The position numbers were made by a program, and so were the translations under genes. The notes beneath the pieces are model-generated. The model did no database searches, was not told where the DNA came from, and worked only from the letters and a program-made list of their open reading frames with translations. Shown in pieces: positions 26,229-33,644 of a DNA stretch of 49,732 bases (its first letter is position 1; each line of letters opens with the position of its first letter). The DNA is from a candidate division WWE3 bacterium CG22_combo_CG10-13_8_21_14_all_39_12 (lineage in GTDB: Bacteria; Patescibacteriota; 4484-211; GCA-002791395): positions 1-49,732 of the forward strand of contig PCSU01000056.1 of NCBI GenBank assembly GCA_002771355.1. Reading direction: 5' to 3'.

Positions 26229-27515
26229 TTATGAATTGCTAGTCAATTTCGTCATTGTTTGTAAATTAATCAAAGACCTTCCCTCAAAAAGTACTGCAAC
26301 TGATCCGACCTTGTTAACCATTTCATCATAGAGTTGTTTAGCTGATACAACAAGCTTCGCATGAGCATAATACTTGGCGTGGAAAGGTTCAACAATATAA
26401 AAACCATCAACACGTGGGAAAATTTCTTGGTCCAACGCACTGTTTACAGATTGCGATTCTTCGCCTAACTCATATACTCCCGTACAAACCACAATATGAC
26501 GATCAGCAGGGATTGAAACAAGTTTCTCGACAGCCGCTCGAAATCCTGTGGAATTGCTATTATACGTATCATCAATAACAGAAAGATTATCTGAAACCTT
26601 TGTTATTTGCATACGTGATTGTTGTGGATTAATATGTGAAATCCCTTGCGCAATCTGATCCTCGGTCATTCCCAGCAATGCACCAACAACACGTGCGGCC
26701 TGGACATTTTGATCAACGTTTCGTGACTCATACGTCATTATTGCAACATCAATATTTTTGACAAGCTCCTCAACATTTTTGTCTGCAACATTTAATACAG
26801 CTGTACCGTTTACATCAAGTGCATCAATCAACTCCATTTTTGCTTTTATAATATTTTCCTTACCACCAAAAAGACCAGCATGCTGTTCATTAAGTCCTGT
26901 CATAACACCAATTTTTGGTTTCATCGCATCAGCGACAAGCTTTATTACCCCTTGATAATATGCTCCCATTTCTACGACATATACATCATATGAAGCATCT
27001 AAGTATCGTAATGCATGGAGGGCAACACCAATCTCACCATTGGCACTTTTGGGTGTTCTTAAAACTTTAAATTTTTCACTTAATACGTCGGCTATAACTT
27101 CTTTTGTTGTGGTCTTTCCGTACGATCCAGTTACACCAATCACTATAAGGCTCGGAAACATAGCCCGCTTACGTTTTGCCAGAAACAATAAAAATCGTTC
27201 AACAAAAAACGATGGTATTGACCATAAAAACACAGCCGCTGCTATAGCGAATGGTCCTCCAATAACAACTAAAAACGCTACACATACAACCCAAAATAGC
27301 GATAGCTTTGGAATAGTGACTAGTGGGAAAAGTACTATTACTGCAGCAGTAAGAGAAATAAGGACAATCTTAATCGTAATCTTTGGACGTTTGCGTTGAC
27401 CTGATAGTAATAAACGGACTCGATCTTGTGGAGTTAAAGACTGAATAAATAACACCATTCGATCTCGTCTATATCCTTTGAGTTGCCATTGATATAACCA
27501 GTAAATAAAATTCAT
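26229..27515 (-). CDS. murF: MurF-like Mur ligase with the N-terminal domain replaced by a ~110-aa membrane anchor (2-3 TM helices)
   Basis: VIGVTGSYGKTTTKE, ANGEIGV, VVEMGAYYQG, NEQHAGLFG and IDDTYNSNSTGFRAAVEKL are MurF signatures. The N-terminus IVLISLTAAVIVLFPLV...LFWVVCVAFLVVIGGPFAIAAAVFLW is hydrophobic. Confidence 0.8.
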   Translation of the reverse strand: MNFIYWLYQWQLKGYRRDRMVLFIQSLTPQDRVRLLLSGQRKRPKITIKIVLISLTAAVIVLFPLVTIPKLSLFWVVCVAFLVVIGGPFAIAAAVFLWSIPSFFVERFLLFLAKRKRAMFPSLIVIGVTGSYGKTTTKEVIADVLSEKFKVLRTPKSANGEIGVALHALRYLDASYDVYVVEMGAYYQGVIKLVADAMKPKIGVMTGLNEQHAGLFGGKENIIKAKMELIDALDVNGTAVLNVADKNVEELVKNIDVAIMTYESRNVDQNVQAARVVGALLGMTEDQIAQGISHINPQQSRMQITKVSDNLSVIDDTYNSNSTGFRAAVEKLVSIPADRHIVVCTGVYELGEESQSVNSALDQEIFPRVDGFYIVEPFHAKYYAHAKLVVSAKQLYDEMVNKVGSVAVLFEGRSLINLQTMTKLTSNS

Positions 27516-27521
27516 ATGTAT

Positions 27522-28250
27522 TTATGTGCGTTGGGTAAAACGCATAATTTCTTTAACCACAATCTCAGGATGTTCGTATAAAAACGAATGCCCGCGCCCC
27601 TCTACTGCGACAAGCGTTGATTGCGGTATTTTCTCACTCCATACTTTTGACATGGTAAATGGTGTTGCCTTGTCTTGCCTTGCCCACAACAATAATGTTG
27701 GTACTTTAATCCCCATAAGATCTTCACGAATGTCTTGCGATAAAACTCGACTTAGGATGGATTTTAGTCCTTCTGGTGCCTGCGCATAATCATAAGAACC
27801 TGTACCTTTTGTCCATAGTTTTGTAACACCAGACTTAAAGACAGAAATTATTGGTAAAGAAAATATAATAGATCCCCACGAGGCCAACTGTTTTTTTATG
27901 TCTAAAATCAGGTTTTTGGTCCGTACACCTGACGGATTAACCACCACTAAATGTGAAGCAAGAGTTGGATACTTTGCACTACACAATGCACAAACAGCCC
28001 CACCAAAGGAATGTCCAACCAATACGACAGGTGCCTTAGCATTGTTTACTATGTACTCTTCTAACCATTGTGCGTACTCAGAAATACCCCAATCTGTTGG
28101 AGGTACATTCGTTTGTCCAAAACCGGGCAAGGTTGGAACTAATACACGGTATCCTAGACCATTGAGTTCATCTTCAAGTTTTTTAAGTGGATTTATTTTA
28201 TATGTCCACCCGTGAACAAGAACTATTGTTACATTATTCTTGATATCCAT
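27522..28250 (-). CDS. Alpha/beta-fold hydrolase
   Basis: VLVHGW, nucleophile elbow VGHSFGG, and C-terminal GRGHSF. 242 aa. Confidence 0.8.
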   Translation of the reverse strand: MDIKNNVTIVLVHGWTYKINPLKKLEDELNGLGYRVLVPTLPGFGQTNVPPTDWGISEYAQWLEEYIVNNAKAPVVLVGHSFGGAVCALCSAKYPTLASHLVVVNPSGVRTKNLILDIKKQLASWGSIIFSLPIISVFKSGVTKLWTKGTGSYDYAQAPEGLKSILSRVLSQDIREDLMGIKVPTLLLWARQDKATPFTMSKVWSEKIPQSTLVAVEGRGHSFLYEHPEIVVKEIMRFTQRT

Positions 28251-29502
28251 AAATTTTCATACCTAGCTTTGCCAATGAACTAAAGATATTTTGATGTACA
28301 TCCTTGATCGCATTTGAATATGATATTTCTGAAGTCCCTGATGCAGCCTGTGCACACAAAAGCGCACTCACAGCTGACTCATATGACTCTGGTGCAAATT
28401 TTGTTGCCCTAAATTTATGTGGACCAAATATTCTCACTTCAGATGTAAATGGATCCGATGGTAATACCGTGACTTCAACCCCACAGGAGGAAAGCGGGCT
28501 TACAATTTCTGACACCTTATGCTTTTCAATAAACAATTGGGATTCCCCATCAGACAATCCAGAAATGACGCTTAATACTGATTGCCATATGAGGGGTAAT
28601 CTTTGAGACTCACTAAGCGTTTGAATAGATGGGGTAAATACCTGGTCTTTTTGCCACACTCTTAAAACCTCTTTATCAAGACTAAATTCAACACCACGAT
28701 CTAATAATCGCTTTGTTATCCGTGATAATGATTTATTGGGAAAGTTAGTTATTTGTATATCTCCTCTAGAAACTGCAACCAATGCCAAATATAACAAGGC
28801 TTCGCGTGATGATGGCGGAACCACATACAAAATTCCAATAAGTTCAGGGACAGACTCGACAACAATTTCAAGATTATCTCCTTGAATATGAACCCCCATT
28901 TGTGTAAAAACAGCTTTTAAAATATCAAACTCCTCTGAGGGAGCACATTGCTTAATCGTTGTCTTTAAACCACTTGTGGCTAACGTAAGGGCAACGAGCG
29001 AGGCAAGCACCTTATCTTCAAAGGACATCTCTGATGGAAGAGTAACCGCACAATCTTTTTTTGTTGTGGGCAAATATGCAACTACATAATGGGACTCTAA
29101 CTCAACGGTTACACCAAATGCCTCTAGGATTGGACGAAGGTATGAATGAGATGCAATAACAGTCTCGGGAATGCCGGCCTTTCCAAATCGTGCGAGTAAT
29201 GTTGCCCAAATCAATACAAGTTCAAATGTAGTAAGAGTTTTGTTGGGAGGAATCGCCGACATTGAAATTGATTCTCCATGAATGGAAACCCCATCATCTG
29301 TTAGAATTTGAGCTCCAATAAAGGCAAGTATTTCTGTTGTATCCCCTAATGTTTTACAATCTGGTGGATTTTTTACAACGGTCGGGTTCTGTGACAATAT
29401 TCCTGCAATAAGTGCGATTTTAGAAGCCATAACACTCTCAGATAGTGTTACCTCTCCCGTTAAGTAGCTATTCCCCTCAATTGTTATTGTTTCTATCTCC
29501 AT
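28234..29502 (-). CDS. MurA/EPSP-synthase-fold protein with degenerate active-site residues
   Basis: 422 aa, alignable by eye to MurA. LTGEVTLSESVMASKIALIAGIL parallels [23 protein letters not shown], and LLARFGKAGIPETVIASHSYLRP parallels [22 protein letters not shown]. The K22/N23 equivalents are V/M, and the loop has no Cys or Asp. Confidence 0.65.
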   Translation of the reverse strand: MEIETITIEGNSYLTGEVTLSESVMASKIALIAGILSQNPTVVKNPPDCKTLGDTTEILAFIGAQILTDDGVSIHGESISMSAIPPNKTLTTFELVLIWATLLARFGKAGIPETVIASHSYLRPILEAFGVTVELESHYVVAYLPTTKKDCAVTLPSEMSFEDKVLASLVALTLATSGLKTTIKQCAPSEEFDILKAVFTQMGVHIQGDNLEIVVESVPELIGILYVVPPSSREALLYLALVAVSRGDIQITNFPNKSLSRITKRLLDRGVEFSLDKEVLRVWQKDQVFTPSIQTLSESQRLPLIWQSVLSVISGLSDGESQLFIEKHKVSEIVSPLSSCGVEVTVLPSDPFTSEVRIFGPHKFRATKFAPESYESAVSALLCAQAASGTSEISYSNAIKDVHQNIFSSLAKLGMKIYGYQE

Positions 29503-29644
29503 GTTTTACTCTAAAACTATTTTTATATCTAGTAAAAATCACCATTTGGTAGCCCTCGTCACCTCTTTAGCCGTTATTGCCGGCATATGGGGGTTTTATT
29601 ACAATATTAGTGTATTATAGCCAATTTTTTGAGATAACGCACAT

Positions 29645-31573
29645 TTACGCTGGTTCAATCTGAAAATACACCATTAAATCTTGGGCAAATTGAAACCACA
29701 ATGGAACAACCGTATCTGCAGAGAATGACGATGTTGTTGGTTCGCTGAGCTTCATAATCAGCACAAATTGAGGATCATCTATCGGAGCAAAACCAACAAA
29801 TGTTGTATTGGTTTTGTGAGGGTCATACGCCCCATTTACAGGAATCTGGGCTGTGCCCGTTTTCCCACCAATACTATAATCCTCCATTCCAGCATTCTTA
29901 ACAAACCACTTAAACTCACCATCAGTTACTACTTTTCGAAGCATCAACCGAAGCATTTCAGAGGTCTCCTGGCTTATTGGTTCAGAAATTATTTCAGGCT
30001 TTACAACAATCTCGGTTTTATTTCCTTTATTATCGTAATCAATAAGTGTATCCACAATATGAGGTTTATATAGGTTGCCACCATTTATTAATGAAGAAAA
30101 TGCTGAAACCATTTGAAGTGGTGTTACAGAAATACCTTGGCCAAACGACATGTTTGCTAGATCAATATCCCTCCACATTGATTGATCTCTAACAATTCCC
30201 CACTCTTCACCCTGAAGATCAATCCCTGTTGGACTTCCAAAGTTAAAAGCATCAATATACTTTGCAAATGTTTCAAAACCTACCCTATGTCCAACCCATG
30301 CAGCACCAGTATTGTTTGAGTGTTGCAAAATCTCTGTCATAGTAATTGTTCCCAAATATCGATTATTCCATGTCCGCACTGAAAACCCACTGTATACAAC
30401 GGGCCCAACATCATCAAACGTAATAGAGGGAGTAACTAACCCTTCATTAAGAGCCATGGACAATGTTATTGGTTTTATAACTGATCCTGGCTCGTAATTT
30501 CCACCTATTGAAAGATTCCGAAAAACCTCAACTTTTCCAACATCTGACTCTCCTTTTAACTCATCAGACCAATACTCAGGTAAGTACGTAGGATAGTTTG
30601 CCATTGCAAGAATGCGTCCCGTGTTGGGTTCTAAAAGTATTGCAGTTCCGTTTTTAGCATCATATTTTTTAACACCTTCCTCAAGCCTCTTTTCAAGAAG
30701 ATACTGTAACTCACGTTCAATAGTAAGAATCAAATCCCTTCCGTGAGACGGACTTTTTTGAAACTGCTCTCCATAGGGAATTGGTCGCCCATTAACATCC
30801 GTTTCTGTAACAACATACCCTGAACGACCAGAAAGATCGCCATCATAAAACCCTTCAAGACCAAAATAACCCGTATCACGTCCCGTTACATTTTTTCCCA
30901 CAAACCCCAAAACATGTGCTGCAAATGTCCCCTCAGGGTATGAACGTTTTTTATTAGCTTGAAAATGAAGCCCCAAAGAATTATCTTTTTCAATTGATTG
31001 TTTTTGGTTTCGATCCAGTCCTACAATCATTTGTACATATTGGTTACTATCATCCTTTAGCGCTTGTGATAATTCTTCTTTGATTACTTCTTTAAGAGTA
31101 TCCGGCCAATCTGACTGTTCTAAAGGCAAAGTATATCTGAATTTATGAATAGTGATTGGAAGCGAAACATCTACAGAAACCTTTTCATCCTCCTTGGGTT
31201 TAACATATAATCGTTCATGAATTTCTTTATCAACCGGCTCAGCCTTTAGCATCTCATCAATATGTTTATATAATATATCTACGCTTTTCCCTTTATCCTC
31301 CATTTCCTTGGGAACTGCAAACAATAAATATGTGTCCGCATTAATCACCAACGGATAGTTATCATGAGTATATATTTCTCCACGTCTTGCTATGAGCTCT
31401 TGTTCAACAACGTGCTGATCATACGCCAATGCTTTGTAATGTGCATGGTCTAATATCATGATCTGACCCAATCGCAGTGCAACGATGAAAAACCCAAAAA
31501 TAATACTTGATTTAATAAGTCGTAAACGCCAATCCATAATTGTAATTATGCAATGATTCCACCGGAAAAACAA
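29645..31573 (-). CDS. ftsI: Class B penicillin-binding protein / FtsI transpeptidase
   Basis: N-terminal TM helix, SxxK (GSVIKP), SxN (HSNN) and KTG (GKTGTA) motifs. The ORF-track start is TTG and Met13 is an alternative. Confidence 0.92.
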   Translation of the reverse strand: MFFRWNHCIITIMDWRLRLIKSSIIFGFFIVALRLGQIMILDHAHYKALAYDQHVVEQELIARRGEIYTHDNYPLVINADTYLLFAVPKEMEDKGKSVDILYKHIDEMLKAEPVDKEIHERLYVKPKEDEKVSVDVSLPITIHKFRYTLPLEQSDWPDTLKEVIKEELSQALKDDSNQYVQMIVGLDRNQKQSIEKDNSLGLHFQANKKRSYPEGTFAAHVLGFVGKNVTGRDTGYFGLEGFYDGDLSGRSGYVVTETDVNGRPIPYGEQFQKSPSHGRDLILTIERELQYLLEKRLEEGVKKYDAKNGTAILLEPNTGRILAMANYPTYLPEYWSDELKGESDVGKVEVFRNLSIGGNYEPGSVIKPITLSMALNEGLVTPSITFDDVGPVVYSGFSVRTWNNRYLGTITMTEILQHSNNTGAAWVGHRVGFETFAKYIDAFNFGSPTGIDLQGEEWGIVRDQSMWRDIDLANMSFGQGISVTPLQMVSAFSSLINGGNLYKPHIVDTLIDYDNKGNKTEIVVKPEIISEPISQETSEMLRLMLRKVVTDGEFKWFVKNAGMEDYSIGGKTGTAQIPVNGAYDPHKTNTTFVGFAPIDDPQFVLIMKLSEPTTSSFSADTVVPLWFQFAQDLMVYFQIEPA

Positions 31574-31581
31574 AGAACAAA

Positions 31582-31923
31582 CTACCGGGTAGCTATTGAA
31601 CGTTCGTCTGGGGTTTCAGAAATAAACACCAGGTGTGAAAATGACCTATCCATGCTAAATTCCTCGCGAGCCTGTTTTTCAATCTTTGGCATCGCTGACA
31701 ATGCAACAATTTCTTCTCTTAATACTTCCATCTTGTCCTCGAGTTCTAGTTTGCGATTTTCGAGTACTGAAATATTCTGACCTGTTGTTGCAACCTGAGC
31801 TGCAAAAAAGATTTGTGCTGAAAAGGCGACAACGACAGCAATAATAAGAGTACTCATCGCAGTTATGTTTCGAAGTTTATTCGACATGGTTTTTTTTGTG
31901 TTTTCAGTTATTTTTCTATTCAT
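31582..31923 (-). CDS. ftsL: FtsL/FtsB-like septal protein (single TM + coiled coil)
   Basis: 113 aa. TM helix MSTLIIAVVVAFSAQIFFAA followed by heptad-like ENRKLELEDKMEVLREEIVAL. Position between rsmH and ftsI, with a 4-nt overlap with rsmH. Confidence 0.6.
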   Translation of the reverse strand: MNRKITENTKKTMSNKLRNITAMSTLIIAVVVAFSAQIFFAAQVATTGQNISVLENRKLELEDKMEVLREEIVALSAMPKIEKQAREEFSMDRSFSHLVFISETPDERSIATR

Positions 31924-32807
31924 ATTTTTTCTGCTATACGCATCTTTGCTGACCTGGCACGCGTGTTTCGACTAATTTCCTCGTCAGATGGAACTATAAC
32001 CTTGGTTGTTATTACCGTTATGTCCTCTCTGGCTTTAAATGCATGTTTTACAATCCTATCTTCTAAAGAATGAAACGATATCACTACAATTCGAGCACCT
32101 TTTGAGGCAATGTCCATAGCTTGAGATAAACCCGTTTTTAATACTTCAAGCTCGTCATTGACTGCTATGCGTAATGCCTGAAACACCTGTGTACTAGGAC
32201 TAATGTTTCGCGACCAACGCGAACCGTAGGCCTTTTCAACAACTTTTGCTAGATCACCAGTTGTCAATAGTGGACAAATGTCTCTTGCCTTAACAATCGC
32301 CTGAGCGATTCTTTTAGGCATAAAAACCTCACCATATGTTGACAACAATATTGTTAACTCCCTCTCGGTCAAACCATTAACAAGATCAGCGGCTGTCACT
32401 GCATTTCTTTTATCCATGCGCATATCAAGTGGGCTATTTTCCAAAAAAGAAAATCCTCGATGTGATTTATCTAGTTGATCGCTTGATAAACCTAAGTCAA
32501 AAAGAACACCAGAAATTTCAATGTCTTGTAACTCAACTACTTCTTTAAGATGTTCAAAACTTCTGTTAACAATTCGTACTGATGAATTGCCTGCAAACCT
32601 TTGGTTCAATCTCTCGACTGCATCAGCATCTTGGTCAAAACCAAGTACTTTTCCGCCCCTATTTAAGATCTCTTGTGTATGACCTCCTCCACCCGAGGTC
32701 GCATCAATATGCCACTTCCCAGGGACGACCTGTAATGCGTCAATCGCTTCATTTTTTAATACGGTAATGTGCAAACTATCCGTTTTTTGTTTTTCTTCTA
32801 GCATCAT
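31920..32807 (-). CDS. rsmH: 16S rRNA m4C1402 methyltransferase RsmH (MraW)
   Basis: HITVLKNEAIDAL, IDATSGGGGHT, FDLGLSSDQLD and VISFHSLEDRIVK. I chose ATG 32807, which is preceded by GGGGAA. The ORF-track TTG start is at 32819. Confidence 0.92.
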   Translation of the reverse strand: MMLEEKQKTDSLHITVLKNEAIDALQVVPGKWHIDATSGGGGHTQEILNRGGKVLGFDQDADAVERLNQRFAGNSSVRIVNRSFEHLKEVVELQDIEISGVLFDLGLSSDQLDKSHRGFSFLENSPLDMRMDKRNAVTAADLVNGLTERELTILLSTYGEVFMPKRIAQAIVKARDICPLLTTGDLAKVVEKAYGSRWSRNISPSTQVFQALRIAVNDELEVLKTGLSQAMDIASKGARIVVISFHSLEDRIVKHAFKAREDITVITTKVIVPSDEEISRNTRARSAKMRIAEKI

Positions 32808-32820
32808 TAAATTCCCCAAT

Positions 32821-32856
32821 CATATTGATTCCTTGGAATCATATTGACTGCTTGGA
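32821..32856. repeat. Two tandem ~17-19-bp direct repeats (CATATTGA[T/C]T[C/G]CTTGGA) abutting the rsmH start
   Basis: Copies at 32821-32837 and 32840-32856 differ at 2 positions. On the minus strand each copy contains a TATGAT -10-like hexamer. Confidence 0.7.
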
Positions 32857-32890
32857 GTCAATAAACGTCATCTGCAGAAAAGGTGTAGCA

Positions 32891-32929
32891 GTTTGTAACC
32901 AAAGTTTGTAACTAAGGTTTGTAATCAAA
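32891..32929. repeat. Three perfectly phased tandem 13-bp repeats GTTTGTAA[C/T][C/T]AA[A/G] in the mraZ-rsmH spacer
   Basis: gtttgtaaccaaa (32891-32903), gtttgtaactaag (32904-32916), gtttgtaatcaaa (32917-32929). The minus-strand core is TTACAAAC. Confidence 0.85.
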
Positions 32930-32945
32930 CCACATGTCACCATAA

Positions 32946-32966
32946 AAACAGTTATCGTAACTGTTT
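32946..32966 (-). other. Perfect 9-bp stem / 3-nt loop hairpin downstream of mraZ (possible weak terminator or attenuator)
   Basis: aaacagtta-tcg-taactgttt. On the minus-strand transcript the stem runs into UUUUUAU. The stem is AT-rich, so termination efficiency is uncertain. Confidence 0.4.
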
Positions 32967-33030
32967 CGGAACAGTGCGGTGTTTGACCACCACTTTCCGC
33001 AGATGCGTAAATCCAGCAGGCTTTTCCGTT

Positions 33031-33468
33031 TTAATCGTTTACGTTTACTAACCTATTCGCTATCTCAACTGATTCTCGAGCCATTTGTGCTCGGTACTGC
33101 TCCCATTGATGTTCGTCCCACAGTTCAATCCAATTTCCCAGCCCAACAAACACCACATCATCACTAGCAATATGTGCATGTTCTATAAGACTTTCTGGGA
33201 TAACTATTCGTCCCTGTGAGTCCACATTGAGTTCGTGAGCACCACCCAACAAAAATCGTGTTGCTTCTCTCTTATCAGCCGAAATAAACGGTTGATCTGT
33301 AACCCCTTCCAATAATGTTTCAAAGTGCTCCGGTGTAACAATTACAATGCTGTTCTCATATCCACGTGTGGCAATAACAGTATCGCCAGAAATTTTTTTC
33401 CTCAATTTTCCTGGTATCGCTACTCGTTTTCCTTGTGTACATGATGCTTTGTATTCGCCTAAAAACAT
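33031..33468 (-). CDS. mraZ: Transcriptional regulator MraZ
   Basis: MFLGEYKASCTQGKRVAIPGKLRK plus a second SpoVT/AbrB-like repeat (DSQGRIVIPESL). 145 aa and first gene of the dcw cluster. Confidence 0.93.
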   Translation of the reverse strand: MFLGEYKASCTQGKRVAIPGKLRKKISGDTVIATRGYENSIVIVTPEHFETLLEGVTDQPFISADKREATRFLLGGAHELNVDSQGRIVIPESLIEHAHIASDDVVFVGLGNWIELWDEHQWEQYRAQMARESVEIANRLVNVND

Positions 33469-33471
33469 AAT

Positions 33472-33496
33472 TCACCATTTCTCACCAAACTTCACC
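33472..33496 (-). promoter_or_regulatory. Putative MraZ operator: three GGTGA (TGGTGA) direct repeats at exact 10-bp spacing
   Basis: Plus-strand TCACC at 33472-76, 33482-86 and 33492-96. The minus strand reads AATGGTGAAgTTTGGTGAGaAATGGTGAAtt-ATG(mraZ). Confidence 0.55.
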
Positions 33497-33499
33497 ATT

Positions 33500-33529
33500 A
33501 ATGTACTACATCTGTCTACCATATGTCAA
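33500..33529 (-). promoter_or_regulatory. Candidate mraZ/dcw promoter TTGACA-18 nt-TACATT
   Basis: Minus strand: consensus -35 TTGACA (33529-33524), 18-nt spacer, TACATT (33505-33500), immediately upstream of the GGTGA repeats. Confidence 0.5.
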
Positions 33530-33575
33530 CGATTGAGATTGACCAAAACACGTCATTTTACAAGCACACATACCG

Positions 33576-33600
33576 AGCGAATTCCCAATGGGAATTCGCT
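33576..33600. promoter_or_regulatory. 25-bp perfect palindrome AGCGAATTCCC-AAT-GGGAATTCGCT in the mraZ/glyQS divergent region
   Basis: 11-bp arms (33576-33586 and 33590-33600) with a 3-nt centre, 45 nt upstream of the glyQS ATG. No flanking T-tract on either strand. Confidence 0.6.
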
Positions 33601-33644
33601 ACAAAATAGCAAATACTTAACCTTCTATATGTTATAGTAATTAC

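Noticed and set aside
32891-32929. CRISPR-like or minisatellite array.
   Set aside because: Only three 13-bp units with no spacers. They are far too short for CRISPR and are treated as a putative operator or tandem repeat.
33469-33644. Glycine T-box leader or glycine riboswitch upstream of glyQS.
   Set aside because: The whole divergent spacer is 176 nt and also houses the mraZ promoter and operator. No T-box consensus or glycine-riboswitch core was seen.
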